A stretch of DNA of 64,000 nt from Hemiscyllium ocellatum (GCF_020745735.1 NC_083401.1:52511740-52575739), one strand, 5' to 3'; numbered from the stretch's first letter, positions 12,240 to 25,780 are shown. Numbers and translations are program-made. The notes: a model not told the origin generated them from the sequence alone.

Positions 12240-14340
12240 TAATTGATTGATTGATTGTTACATGTACCAAAGTACAGTGAACAGCTTTGTTTAGAAATCC
12301 ACCAGGCAGACCGTAATAAGCAACGATGTACAGATTAGAGGTTGTAAAAGGACTTAGACAGAGGCATATTGGTTACATTAGATGTTGGCAGCCTTTCTGT
12401 GGCAGCAAGTCATGTAAATGGAGTCCATGAATTGTAGGGGTGGCTTCTGTGGTTGGTCAGGGCTGTGCACACCATCTTCTGTAGTTTGTTATGGTCCTGG
12501 ATAAAACAGTTGCTATTACCAGGCTGTTATGCACCCAGACAGTATGCTTTCAATGGTGAGGGTTCAAATGGACAGCTAAATTTCCTGAGCCACATGAGGA
12601 AGACGAAATGTTGTTGTGTCTTCTTAACCATCGCATCTACATGGGAGGTCCAGGACAGGTTTTCTGTTGTTGTCACTCTGAGGGTCTGGATGCCTCTCAG
12701 CCTCAGCTCCATTGATGTCGATGGGGGTGTGTTCTCCTCCTTTCTTTCTGAAGTCAGTGGCCAGTTCTTTAGTTCTGCCAATACTGAGAGAGAGGTTGTT
12801 CTCATTTCACCATGTCACCTCTATCTCCCTTGTGTATTTTGACTGGTCAGTGTTAGGTATCTATCCTACTAAGATGGTGTTGTCAGCAAATGTGTAGATA
12901 GCGTTCATTCGTAATTTGGCAACACAGTCATGGGTGTACAGGGAGTACAGTAAGGGACTAAAGACACATCAGTGGGGGAGGGGGGGGGTGTTCCAGTGCT
13001 GAATGTTATTGTGCAGGAGGTGCAGTTGTTTACCTGACTGATGTCAGGCCTTAGGTCAGGAAGTTGAGGATCCCATTGCAGAGGGCAGAGCCGAGACCAA
13101 GGTCATGGAATTTTGAGATCAGTCTGGAGAGGATAATGGTATTGAAGGCAAAGCTGTAGTCAGTGAGCAGGAGTTTGTCATAAAGGTTCCAGGGATGAGA
13201 GCAGGGTGAGGGATATGGCATCTGCTGTGGACCTGTTTCATCAGCAGGCAAATTGTAGGGGATTGAGGCAGGCTGGAAGATGAGAGTTGATGTGGGCCAT
13301 ATCAGCTCCTCAAAGCACTTCATGATTATCAAGGTCAGAGCCACTGTGTGGTTGTCATTAAGGTATGTTAAATGTGCTTTCTTAGGCACAGGAATGATGG
13401 CGGTCTTCTTGAAGCAGGGGGGACTTCAGTTGTAGGAGGGAGTTGTTGATGAATACCTCTGCTAGTTGGTCCCCACAGGATCTGAGTGCTCGACTGGGGA
13501 CACCGTCCGGGCTTATCGCTTTCCCAGGAAGACCGATCTGACGTCTACAGCAGTAACCGAAGGGATGGATGTGTCTAGGGCTGTCGGGGAAGGTGTCATC
13601 GTGCCATTGGCATTCTGACTGAACCGAGCATTGAGTGCATCATGGAAGGGATGTGTCTTTGTCCACTATGTTGCTCTGCTTCATTTTGTATCCTGTAATG
13701 ATGTTTAGGCCTTGCCATTGGCAGCGGGAATCTGTCTGGTAGGTTTCAGCCTCTAACTTGGTCCAGTAATGCCCCTGGGCGTCCCTAATAGCTTTGCGGA
13801 AATCATGTCTGGATTTTTGTATTGATCTAGGTTGTCTGACTTGAATGCTGCTTGTCTAGTTTTCAGTAGCGAGTGGATTTCTTGGTTCATCCAAGGTTTA
13901 CAGTTGGGGAACACTCAGATTGACTTCTTTGATACGCAGTCCTCCAGGCATTTGTTAATGAAGTCCATTACGGTGGCGATGTACTCATCTAGGTTTTCCA
14001 CTGTGTACTTGAACAATGTCCAGTCCGCCAATTCCAAGCAGAACTGGGGACTCTCTTCCACAGCCACAGAACAGCATTGCACTTGCTTTTGTGAAGGGTT
14101 ATTCCATTTCAGCTTCTGCTTGTAAGCTGGGAGGAGGAACACAAGGTGTGATCTGATTTTATGGGCGGGGGATGGAGACGTTGTGTTGATGGTTGTGTAG
14201 CAGTGGTCCAGGATGTTCGGTCCTTTGGTATGAGATGTGGTGGTGGTATTTTGGCTGCACCCTTTTGAGTTTGGCTTGGTTGAAATTGCTGACCATAATG
14301 AATAGGGCCTCGAGTAATTTTGTCTCTAGAGTGTTAAAAA
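12240..14340 (-). mobile_element. Rex1/Babar-clade LINE fragment
   Basis: LNDNHTVALTLIIMKCFE, DYSFAFNTI and KKTQQHFVFLMWLRKF motifs typical of Rex1 RT; (TCAA)n tail near 12240. Confidence 0.85.
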
Positions 14341-14514
14341 GCATGTTTTCCTATTTTTATTCTAAATGGACAGAGACCTTCGAGCAGGAAGACTGAAATG
14401 ATATAGAAAAGGATTCAAAGCTTTGTGGATGGAACAAATTTTCATGATGGTTTTCAAAGCACAGTGAATGATAGTAATATAAGTTTAAGAACATGGTTCC
14501 AGAGATCAATAATG

Positions 14515-14830
14515 ACAACTAGCATTTATGTAGCACCAACAACATAGTAAAACATCCCAAAGTATTTCACAGGATCATAGCAAACAAGATTTGACACTGA
14601 GTCATCTAAAGAGATATTAAAACCAAAAATCAAAGGCTAGTGGAGGGAAATAACTTTAAAGAATGTTTGAAAGGAGAAAGTGATTGAGACATGGAGAGGT
14701 TTATGGAGGTAATTCCAGAAATTGGGCTGCATCTGTTGAAGCCATGGCAGCCAATCATGGAGCAATTGATATTTAGGCTTTATTAAGCATAACCATGTAT
14801 GAGGGATGGTCAGAGATGATATCTTTTGCA
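14515..14830 (-). mobile_element. L2-like LINE 3' fragment
   Basis: TAGCATTTATGTAGCACC..AAACATCCCAAAG end; homologous to 53570-54090. Confidence 0.55.
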
Positions 14831-15587
14831 ACCTTACAGATTCCTGTTTCATGTGATCTGATGTCATATAATCATAGTTCTTTACATACATGCTTAGTAG
14901 CTATTCCTAGAGTAAATACATAGTTAATCCTTCACTCCATATCCCTTGCCCCACCCGCATGCCCCACCAAGGCTATTTACTGTACCCTTTTAATCATCAC
15001 CATTTAATGAATTATATATTACCTACCCTGACTTATCCTTGACTCTGTTGATATTTAACATTTAACCATGAACATTTAACTCTTTGTTCCTACTTGCACC
15101 CTTCACTCCTCTAAGTTTCTTTCATTGGGATTTCATTTGAGATGAGATTCCTGTTGGATGATTTGCTGGTCGTATTGGGAGGGCTTTAAACTAACTTGAC
15201 GTGAATGTAGGAATCAAGAGAGAATAACAGAGAAAAATACCAGGCTTTGCAAAATACTTGGAGAGACAGCTAGCATTAGCATAGAGCATAGCAGGTTAAT
15301 AAGTGAAGACAGATAAAGGAAACATAAATGAAATCTAAATCCGAGTTGCTGGGCATGCATGTAAAGGCACACAGAGTTTAGTAATTAAAATTGTGGAGTT
15401 ATAGGTGCAGATTGCCATTGGAAATCTGATAATGTGATGATAACAGAGACCTGGCTGATAGAAGGGCAAGAGTGGGTATTAAATAATCCTTGGTACAAGG
15501 TGTCCAGATAAGATATGAAAGAAAGGACAGGGGAAAATAATGGAAGTATTCATTAAGGAGTGCATTGCAGTCTTGGAGAAAGATGAT

Positions 15588-15893
15588 ATTAGATTAGATT
15601 AGATTACTTACAGTGTGGAAACAGGCCCTTCGGCCCAACAAGTCCACACCGACCCGACGAAGCGCAACCCATCCATACCCCTAACCTAACACTACGGGCA
15701 ATTTAGCATGGCCAATTCACCTGACCCACACATCTTTGGACTGTGGGAGGAAACCGGAGCACCCGGAGGAAACCCATGCAGACACGGGGAGAACGTGCAA
15801 ACTCCACACAGTCAGTCGCCTGAGTCGAGAATTGAACCCGGGTCTCAGGTGCTGTGAGGCAGCAGTGCTAACCACTGTGCCACTGTGCCGCCC
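15588..15893 (-). mobile_element. HE1 SINE, young full-length
   Basis: GGGCGGCAC..TGGTTAGCAC head, V-domain, (TCTAA)n tail. Confidence 0.92.
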
Positions 15894-16575
15894 ACATAAC
15901 AGGGACACTACCACCACCCCACCATAGTTATCTCAGAGAGTCCAAGGATAGAATCAATTTGCTAGAACTAAGGAACTAGAAAGTTACAAATACATTGCTA
16001 CCAGACCACCAACAAGTGGAAAGAATATAGAGGAACAAATCTGAAGCAAAATTATAGTGAGATGCAAACATTGTTGCATAATTATAATGGGGACTTTAAT
16101 TCCCAAACATAGACTGGGATATTAGTGGTGTAAGGGCCAGAAAGGAGCAAGTGTTCCTGAATTACAGACAAGAGCATTTCCTATGTGTTTCCTGTCTTAT
16201 GTTTCCTGTCATCAAGAAAGGATGTAGCTGCTAGACCTGATTCTCAGAATAGAAAAGGGATAAGTGAATCAGGTCTCAGTGGGAGGACATTTAGGAGGCA
16301 GTGATCATTGTATCAAAAGCTTCAAGACTATGGTGCAGAATGACCAATGTCAATCCAGAGTCAGAAAAACAATGGGCAGAGAGCTGCCTTCAATAGAGCA
16401 AGGACAGAGCTGGGGAAGATGGACTGGAATGAGCAGTTGGCAGGAAAATCTGTAACTGAATAATGCGCTACCTTCAAAGAGGAGGCTATTTGGGTACATC
16501 AAAGGTATTTTGCCTTAACTAGAAAAAGTCGAACAAACAAAGTCAGAGTGCCTTAAACACAAAAAGGATAGATGT

Positions 16576-16893
16576 GGGCGGCACGGTGGCACAGTGGTTA
16601 GCACTGCTGCCTCACAGCGCCTGGAGACCCAGGTTCAATTCCCGACTCAGGCGACTAACTGTGTGGAGTTTGCACGTTCTCCCCGTGTCTGCGTGGGTTT
16701 CCTCCGGATGCTCCGGTTTCCTCCCACAGTCCAAAGATGTGCGGGTCAGGTGAATTGGCCAGGATAAATTGCTCGTAGTGTTAGGTAATAGGGGTAAATG
16801 TAGGGGTATGGGTGGGTTGCGCTTCGGCGGGTCGGTGTGGACTTGTTGGGCCGAAGGGCCTGTTTCCACACTGTAAGTAATCTAATCTAATCT
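16576..16893 (+). mobile_element. HE1 SINE, young full-length, 7-bp TSD
   Basis: TAGATGT at 16569-16575 and 16894-16900; A/B boxes; (TCTAA)n tail. Confidence 0.92.
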
Positions 16894-17179
16894 TAGATGT
16901 TAAGAAAAAGAAAACAGTATGCTTATGATAGGTGAAATTGAGAACCAAAAGGAATATAGAAGGTTCAGAGGGAATGTAAAAAAGCAAATAAGTCAAGCAA
17001 AGAGTAATTAAGAGAAAAGACAAGCAGCTAACAAAAATGGGTGTCTTAAACAGGGAGATTAAAGAGTAGTTGAAGGAGGATCAAGGCTGATTAGAGACCA
17101 GGAGGGGATTTTACACATAAAGGCAACAGGCCTGGGCTGAGGAATGAATAATTTGCATTTGCCTTTATCTTTTCTGTAA

Positions 17180-17703
17180 GACTTTCTGATCTACAGAAAT
17201 TTATTTCTTGGTGTTGTCAATTCATTTTCATTGTTAATTGCTATGTTATCTGCTATGGGCCTTTTTAGATATTGTGTGGATTTTCCATCCTGTCTGTCAG
17301 AGACTAGTGGACTTTGAAGTCTATTACTTTCTGCCTCCTGTCATTGCTGAGTTTCTCTTCAGGCTTTGCCCCAGTTCGAGAGTCAGATCTCTAGACCATA
17401 CTCATTCTTCACCAGTAGTACTGGTGACTCTGGCCTGTACTTCAGATACTCCTTATTGCTTGACTTCAGCTCTGTGGTTCTCGTCAATATCGGTCACTAT
17501 GTAACAGTGCATTCTTTCTTGTTAGACTGGAGATACTGTGAAAACAAGTCCATTCTAAATGAACATTAACAGGCTTTATTAAAGACAGCTCTAAACAAGG
17601 GATGGCAAGACAGGAGATCTTCTGGATCTTTGCAGACTAAGCTCCATTTCCATGTGATCCAATGTCATTATGACAAAGGTCCTTATGCACATGCTCAATA
17701 ACA
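17180..17703 (-). mobile_element. LTR retrotransposon 5' end (204-bp LTR, PBS and start of internal region)
   Basis: On the minus strand TGTTATTG(17703)...GTTACA(17500) with AATAAA at 17575-17580, followed directly by PBS-like TAGTGACCG. Confidence 0.55.
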
Positions 17704-17756
17704 ATTTCTTGATTAAGTCAAGCTAAACCTTTACTCCACGAAATTTAATTTAAAGA

Positions 17757-18175
17757 AAAGAAAGAAAGGCTTGCACTAATGTTGCATCTTTCACCTCTAC
17801 CTCTCCCCATTGCCACCAATGCTTGGGTTGTCACACAATGAAGTACTTTTGCACTATAGTCAATATTATAATGGAGGAAGTATAGTAGTCAATTTGCACA
17901 CCACAAATTCTCACAAACATTAATCTGCTAGTGACCAGATAATCAGTTTTACGAGAACTAAATCTTAGCCAAGTCACCAGGAAGAATGCTTTCTTTCAGT
18001 TAAGTAGTGCCATGAAATGGTTTGTGTTCACCGAGGGGACAGACCTTGACATAACATGTGTTCCAAACAATAGCATCTACAACAGTACAGCAGTTCCTCA
18101 CTGTGCAATGCAGTGTCAAGTCCAAAATGTGTGCTCAAGTGGCTGGAGAAAGAATTGAATCTGGCAGGATTGACA
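17757..18175 (-). mobile_element. SacSINE1-like DeuSINE (old)
   Basis: The minus strand resembles the Deu-domain consensus (CTTGAGCAC..GACACTGCA..CATGGCACTA..GCAAATTG..AAAAGTACTTCATTG) with a (CTTT)n tail. Confidence 0.65.
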
Positions 18176-18489
18176 CTTGGAAGAACGAAACAACTAACAT
18201 GATGAAGAAAAATCACCCTGGGTCATTGTACCACCATACTGGGAATGAAATGGGACCTGTGCGCATGTTCAAGTCATGCTATTGACAGGTTCTATAAATA
18301 GCACGCTTAACAAATTATAATAGGCAGAGGGACACCAGCTGTCCAAATACAGCCTGAAATGTCTCACATGCCCTTGGGAGAGGGCAGAATGCTTTAAGGA
18401 ATAAAATATTTGAAGGAGAGGTCAGGATTTGTTTCAACAGCTGGATTAAAAGTACAAAAAAACTTACTACATAAAGGAGTGTGCAGATT

Positions 18490-18935
18490 AGGAGCAGAGT
18501 ATTATGGCCTCAATTCACTTTATTGATTATCTCCAGAATCCTTTGATTCCCTTCACTAGTCAAGAATCTAACTACCTCTGCCTAAAGTATTCAATAACCC
18601 AACCAGGTCATCCCTGAGGAAGAGAGTTCCAAAGACAAGCCATCTGAACAGTTTTCAATGCATTACTTTCTTTCTTAAATAAGGAGATTAATGCTGTGAA
18701 AACAGTACTGCAGATATGATCACACCAATGTTTTCTATAACTGTAACATAACCTCCTTATTATTCTACTGAATTCAGCTTGCACAATATGATAACAAGCT
18801 ATTAGTTTTCCTAATTACTCAACATAAATGCACAGCAACATTTTGTGAGGTCATATGGATCAATATCCAAACTCGCACCAGTTAGATAATATGATACTTT
18901 TTATTCTTCCTACCAAAATGGACTATGTTAAATTT
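18490..18935 (-). mobile_element. Old CR1 3' fragment
   Basis: CR1 tail and RT C-terminal similarity. Confidence 0.6.
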
Positions 18936-18939
18936 GCTT

Positions 18940-19283
18940 GTGGGATGTGAATATCACTGGCTTGTCTGGTATTTATTGGCCATCCTTAATTACCCAGAGG
19001 ATGCTTAAGAGTCAACTACATTGCTATGAGTCTGAATCACATTAGGCCAGATCAGGTAAGGATTGCAGTTTCTTTCCTTAAAGGACATTCATGAACCAGA
19101 TGGGTTTTCCCAAGAATCAACAATGGATTCATGGTCATCATTGGACTCCTAATTCCGGAATTTTTTTATTGAATTCAAATTCCATCACCTGCCATGGCAG
19201 GATTTGAACCTGGGTTCCCAGAACATTACCTGTGTTTTAGGATTAACAGTTTAGCAGTAATACCACTAGCCATCACCTCCCCT
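18940..19283 (-). mobile_element. tRNA-derived SINE family B (unnamed here)
   Basis: Head GGGAGGTGATGGCTAGTGGTATT..CCCAGGTTCAAATCC; core AAAACCCATCTGGTTCA..GTCCTTTAAGGAAAG; partial second copy at 19286-19410; homologous to 44410-44805. Confidence 0.75.
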
Positions 19284-19839
19284 ATTGCTGTGGTTCTGGA
19301 ATCACATGTCGACCATGCCATGTAAACATGACGATTTTCTTTCCCTAGAGGACACTAGGAAACTAGTTAGGTTTTTAAGACAAGAACAGTGGTTACATAG
19401 TCTCCATTAGGCAGCATGTCACTAAGTCAGAATGATTGCACAGTCAGACTGAGGGAGACTGAGGCAAAGTGAGACTGAGACAGAGTGGGTAACCAGAAAT
19501 TTGGGTCAAACTAGGAATTCAAATGGTATATCTTTTTAAAGTTTAATTAAAGAAATTTTAGGCAGGGAGGAGAAATGGTACTACAATTATAGTTTACTGT
19601 AAGAAATAAGGAGTGAGAGGGGAATCGAAGAGGAAATGAAGCATGTACCAAGAAGCCGACCTGTACTTACAGCAGTAGCAGCATGGAAAGCAGCTAATTG
19701 GTGCAAAGATTTAATCAGTATTTCCAATCTATTTAGTTTGTATTTCAGTCTCTAGACTTTCTTTTCTCTACCTTTCTGAGAAATAACTTGTTAAGAACAC
19801 TTGAGAGGTTGAAGTGAACATAGACCCCGAAGAAAATGA

Positions 19840-21210
19840 TCTGGGGAGATGGTTTTGGGAAACAAGGAAATGGCAGAGAAGTTAAAACAGATATTTGCAT
19901 CAGTCTTTACAGTGGAAGATACTTCGACATCCCATTAAAGTTAAAGAGTACGGGATAGTACTATCACCGTCACTAGAGAAGTAGTATTAGACAAACTAAT
20001 GGAATTAAAGGCAGATAAATCCCTTGGCCCTGAGGGATTGCATCCTAGTCTCCTAAAAGAGGTAGCTATAGAGATAGTGGATGCATTGGTTTTAACTTGC
20101 CAAAAAATCCTTGGATTCTGGAGACGTACCAGTGAATTGGAAAATTGATAATGCGACACCTCTATTCGAAAAGGGAGGGAGGCAAAAGGCTGTTAATTAT
20201 AGGGCAATCAGCAGAACATTTATTGTTGAAAATGTATTGAATCAATTATAAGGAAGTAATGTTAGTACGTTTGGAAAATAATAATCTAGTCAAGCAGAGT
20301 CAGCATGGGTTGGTGAAAAGGAAATGGTGTCTGACTAATTTATTAGAGTTTTTAAGGAAATCTGAATCAGAGTGGATGGAGGGGGTCAGTAGACGTATTG
20401 TATTTGGACTTCCTGAAGGCATTCGACAAAGTACCTCACAAAAGGTTATGTCATCTGGTAAGACCCAATGGTGTTGGAGGTAGAATATTGGCGAGGATAG
20501 ATAATTGGGCAGGAAACAGCAAATGATTGATAAGGGATTCTTTTTCAGGTTGGCAATCTGTGACCAGTGGAGTTCCACAGGGCTGAGCCTGCAACTGTTT
20601 ACAACACACATTAATGACTTGGAGGAAGGAAGTGTATGTGCTGTAGATAAACTTGCTGACTCTGCAATTGTAGGTGGAAAAACAAGTTGTGGGAGGGATA
20701 TAAACGGTTTGCAGAGAGGCATTGATAGGTTAAGTCAATGGGTGAAATGTTGACAAATGGAGTATAATATGTGACAATGTGAAGCTCTCAGTTTCGAAGG
20801 GGGAACAAATGACCAGAATGGAGAAAAACATACATAAAACTGAATCACAATGGGACTTGGGGTTTTTAGTACATGAACCACAAAAAAACTAGCACATGCT
20901 GCAGCAGGTAATCAGGAAGGTGAATGGATTGTTGGCCCTTATTTCAAAGGGGTTAGAGTATAAGAGTAAGGAAGTCTCACTGCAACTGTACAAGGTGCTG
21001 CTGAGACCACATCTAGGGTACTGTAAACAGTTTTGATCCACTTATTTAGGGAAAGATATTTTACTGAAGGCAGTTTAGAGAAGGTTCACCAGGAGGACCC
21101 TTGCTTTGGAGGAATTGTCTTATGAGCAAAGGCTGGACAGATTGGGACTCTGCTCACTGGAGTTAGAAGAATGAGAGGTGATCTCATTGAAGCATATAAG
21201 ATGCTTAAAA
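19840..21210 (+). mobile_element. CR1 LINE RT region
   Basis: SQHGLVKRKWCLTNLLEF, INDLEEG..KLADS and LYKVLLRPHLGYC motifs; same family as 61780-63900. Confidence 0.88.
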
Positions 21211-22199
21211 ATCCAAAAAATTGAAATCAAAATCAAAATAACTATGTCAAAATTAAGAATCAGAAATGTTGAGATCTTTGATTCAAAATTGGCAATAGAG
21301 CTGTTAACAGGATTTACTGTTTTCATCATCTCTGCAGTCACATGGCCACTCTGCTATGGGGCTAGTACAGCAAAGTTTATTTTAACTAGCACCTAATGAA
21401 CTGGTGCTCTTGAAAATTATAGATAGGATATTTACTTAATTATCATGATTTCAGCGATGTCCGAATAGTCAATTAAGGGTACAACTGATAAGGCTGCCCA
21501 TTGTAACTTTTATATAAGGCAAAGTTGTATTATTGTTTAAATGATTTATGCTGTAAATAAAATGATGTGTATACCCTCTGCATTGCGTTTCCATGACTTA
21601 GTGTGTGTTTTTACATTGATTATGTGGACCTCTTGATTATCCAGAGTATGTGATCAACCAGCACGCTCCTGGTCCCACAGGTACCAGTTAATAAAATGTT
21701 TAAAGTACTGGAAGACTCTGCCTTGAGAGATCCCACCAATATCAGGACAGTCATAAAAGTGGACTCTAACAATAAGATTTTGCTGCATTCTGGATTTTAG
21801 TTGCAAACCTGATGCCATCAGTTAGATCCTGCAGAATCTGAGATGCTGCTGCTAAATTTGTGGCCAATCCTTGAACAACCATTTGGAGAAAATCATTTCT
21901 GAGGGTAGGTCTGTAGAATCTATTAGAGTCCTTTCTAGCTATGGGGCTTTCAGTGTTCCTGATATCACCATCTACTCTAGGTAAAACCGATTAGCATTGG
22001 AGTTTAGATCCTGCAAGAGAGTTGACAGTTTTGTCCATGTGAGTGCAATGCAGATTCTTTGGTGGGGAACTTGTGGTTCTTAGCTGATTATACAGTGGTA
22101 ACATATTGATGTGGATAGACGATCAATTGGCAAACAGGAAACAGAGCGTAGGCGATTTTTCGAGTTAGCAAGATGTAAAAAATGATGTGTCACATAGAT

Positions 22200-22890
22200 C
22201 AGTGCTGCAGCCTTACATTTTACAACTGCCTGTACACTTCTAATCTGCAGTGAGACCACCTTCCTATATGAGTTTTCCACATATTAGTCTGTGTCACAGA
22301 TGCAAAACTCCAGCAGCTGCTAATATTCCTAAATCCAGAGCCAAGCTAGTGTTACTGGTGATGCTTCATCCAGATGTGTTTGTCTGTGACACATGATATG
22401 TCCATGACTTCACACATATCACAGGGTGTACACTCCACTTGGCCCTTCTTTAATTGTATAACTCTGAATCTATTTCTTACCCTTAGAATAAGTAGGAATC
22501 TACTTGAAAACTTAATAAGACTATAAGCCCATATACCATAAGAACAGGAATAGCCCATTCAGATGCCTCGAACCTGCTCTGCAACTCAATAGGATTGCAG
22601 CTAATCCAATATTCCTCACGTCTACTTACCTGCATAGTCCTTGATTCCCTTACTAGTCAAGAATCTATCCATCTCACCCTCAAATATATACAAGGACTCT
22701 GCCCCAACAGCATTCTGCGACAAGGAGTTCCAAAGATCTTTCACCTCTCTGAGGGAAAATCTCCTGCCTCATATCCGTTTTAAATTGGCACCCCTTTATT
22801 TCTGAGATTATGTCCAGATTCTGGACCCAGACTCGCCCATGAAGGGAAATATCCTCTCAGCATTTACCTTGTCAAGCTCCTTACAAACCT
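22200..22890 (-). mobile_element. CR1 fragments (ORF1 Zn-finger start 22200-22460; 3' tail 22530-22890)
   Basis: VECTPCDMCEV ORF1 motif; CR1 tail sequence. Confidence 0.6.
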
Positions 22891-24159
22891 CTGAATTCAT
22901 AACCTACCTGACCCTCACACATAATTTGTCCCACACGTGAGGATAAAGGTAATAATACATAGGCTCAAATATCTTAGCTGAAAATGACCTGTTCCTGAAT
23001 GTTACTGATGAAGACCACACTGTAACAGTGGAAACTACTTATAGGAGGGATTCATATATTTATCAAATGCACACTGACCACTTAAAATGTTGGACAATAC
23101 CATCTTGTACCTTGAATAAATCATCCAGAAATAGAGTTCCCTGATTTTAAAAGTTTCCCTGTTATAAATGTTTGCTGCATCAAGCTGTACTGATCAACGC
23201 AGCAATTGAATTATTTACAGTTCACATAAGATGCATAGTTTTCAATTGTGTTCACCCCACAATTGGATGTTTTCTTGATTATAAAAAGATTAAAGCATTA
23301 AAGATCAAGTTTGAACATGTAATTTTGCTGGCATGACACTTGTACTAAGTACAATCCTGTACAATATTAATATTTATATGCTTAACATAATCAAAGTGAC
23401 AGCAATGTAAGTGGAAATTAAATTCAAACCTAATTAAAGCTCATCACCAGCCTGCTTCCATATACTCTACACATGGGTTTGTTGGCAGGAGTTATTTTCA
23501 AAAATTTATTTCTGGCATCAACTTTTCTTTCCTTAATTGCAAAAAATGGTCTCAGCAATTAATAAATCTGAAGCAAGATCAGTGATTAGAAGAAGAGCTT
23601 TTCTCACAGAATAATAGGTATGTGGAACAAATTTCGATGAAAGCAGCCAATATTACATTGATCCAGGAATGAACTAGATGCAAAGTCAATAAAGGATCAT
23701 TTAGACATGGGGAAAATTGAATGGGGAGAAACACTTGCCCAATGATAGAGTACAAATGAGTAAAAAGTAGGGTATCTCTATAACTTTTTGATTTCCCTGT
23801 TTTATTTTGAAATTTGCATTCTGCTTTGGTGGTAATAAAAGTAAATTATGTCCTTTGTGTCTGTGCTGAAGTTATATACTCAATCTTAAGAAATAAACAA
23901 ATGAAACTTCTGCTACTTCCAACTCAATTTAAAAGTTGGTTTGAGGGTCTTAAGTACAATTATTGTTGGAAACGATTAAGTGCTCTATGGGATAGGATCA
24001 TTTCTGTTCTACACTATTTCCCATGGAAAATAACCAGCCATAGTAGAATTGTAATGTTGTGGAGATAGATAATCTGGAATTTTGTTTCATTACTTCTAGC
24101 TATCCTAATGGAATGAGATGGAGGGTGGAATCTTCCTAGAGCCTGAATAACATGTGCTA

Positions 24160-25780
24160 TGAGAAAATGAGGACTGCAGATGCTGGCGACCAGAGTTGAA
24201 AAATGTGGTGCTGGAAAAGCGCAGCAGGCCAGGCAGCATCCGAGGAGCAGGAGAATTGACGTTTCGGGCATAAGCCCTTCTTCAGGAATGAAGCTAGTGT
24301 GCTAAGCGGCCTGAGATAAAAGGTAAGGGGGGGGGAGATTTGGGGGAGGGGCGCTGGGAATGCGATAGGTGGAAGGAGGTGAGGGTGAGGTGGATAGGCC
24401 GGAGAGGGGGTGGGGGCGGAGAGGTCAGGAAGAAGATTGCAGGTCAGGAGGGCGGTGCTGAATCCGGGGGTTGGGACTGAGATAAGGTGGGGGGAGGGGA
24501 AATGAGGAAGCTGGAGAAATCTACATACAATCTACAAATCTACAAAGCTGGTTGGAGGGATCCTAGGCGGAAGATGAGGCACTCTTCCTCCAGGCGTCGT
24601 GCAGCCAGGGTCTGGTGATGGAGGAGGCCAAGGACCTGCATGTCCTTGATGGAGTGGGAAGGGAAGTTAAAGTGTTCAGCCACGGGGCTGTTGGTGCAGG
24701 TGTCCCAGAGGTGTTCCCTGAAACGTTCTGCAAGTAGGCGGCCTGTCTCCTCAACGTAGAGGAGACCACATCGGGTGCAGCGGATACAGTAAATGATGTG
24801 TGTGGAGGTGCAGGTGAATTTGCGATGGTTATGGAAGGATCCATTGGGGTCTTGGAGGGAGGTGAGGAGAAGGTGCCGGGAGTGGAGGTTGGGTTGGTGG
24901 GGGGGCGGTGTGGACCTGACGAGAGAGTCATGGAGGGAGTAGTCTCTCTGGAATGCTGATAGGGGTGGTGAGGGAAACATATCCCTGGTGGTGGTGTCTG
25001 TTTGGAGGTGGCGGAAATGGCGGATGATGATACGATATATATGGATGTTGGTGGGGTGGAAGGTGAAGACCAGTGGGGTTCTGTCCTGGTGGCTATTGGA
25101 GGAGTGGGGTTCAAGGGCGGAGGTGTGGGGGGTGCAGGAGATGCGGTGGAGAGCATCGTCGACCACGTCGGAGGGGAAATTGTGGTCTTTGAAGGAGGCT
25201 ATCTGGGCTGTTCGGTAGTGGAATCGGTCCACCTGGGAGCAGATGCGGTGGAGGCGAAGGAATTGGGAATATGGGATTGGGGCAAGGTGGGAGGAGGTGT
25301 AGTCCAGGTAGCTGTGGGGGTCGGTCGTTTTGTAGTAAATGTCTGTGTTGAGTCGGTCACCCGAGATAGAAATGGAGAGGTCTAGGAAGGGGAGGGCGGA
25401 GTCTGAGATGGTCCAGTAAATTTGAGGTCGGGGTGGAAGGTGTTAGTAAAGTGAATGAACTGTTCAATCTCCTCGTGGGAGCATGAGGTAGCGCCAATAC
25501 AATCATCAATGTAGCGGAGGAAAAGGTGGGCGATGGTGCCAGTGCAGCTGTGGAAGATGGACTGTTCCACATATCCGACGAAGAGGCAAGCATAGCTGGG
25601 GCCCATGCGGATGCCCATGGCTACTCCTTTGCTTTGGAGGAAGTGAGAGGATTGGAAGGAGAAGTTGTTAAGAGTAAGGACCAGTTCAGTCAGTCAAAGG
25701 AGGGTGTCACTGGAAGGGTACTGGTTTGGTCGGCAGGAGAGAAAGAAGTGGGGGGCTTGGAGGCCTTCATGATGGCAGAT
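24160..25780 (-). mobile_element. Neptune-like PLE, 5'-truncated (RT + GIY-YIG)
   Basis: GIRMGPSYACLFVGYVEQS and LRYIDD (RT); IYCIRCTRCGLLYVEETGR..RFREH (GIY-YIG); terminal repeat 24160-24290; possible TSD ATGTGCT[A/G]TG. Confidence 0.93.
24258..24285 (-). ncRNA. Minimal hammerhead ribozyme motif in the PLE terminus
   Basis: Minus strand CTGAAGA-A-GGGC(ttat)GCCC-GAAAC-GTC, intact core. Confidence 0.75.

Larger units (their letters stand above)
15150..17170 (+). mobile_element. CR1 LINE ORF1/ORF2 junction and endonuclease region, interrupted by two HE1 SINEs
   Basis: GGGAGGGCTTTAAACTA junction; ITETWL, MGDFN and HLGGSDH endonuclease motifs. Confidence 0.8.

Noticed and set aside
15717-15927. 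Recurrent small ORFs such as MDCGRKPEHPEETHADTGRTCKLHT
   Set aside because: Chance translations of HE1 SINE copies.
16576-16655. tRNA-like A/B-box sequences as tRNA genes
   Set aside because: They are SINE heads followed by V-domains and LINE tails.
21620-21700. Possible Tigger/pogo MITE fragment
   Set aside because: Too short and decayed to support without a database search.
23005-23036. CTGATGA...GAAAC resembling a third hammerhead type
   Set aside because: Stem II is not adjacent to the core, there is no convincing cleavage triplet or stem I, and there is no PLE context.
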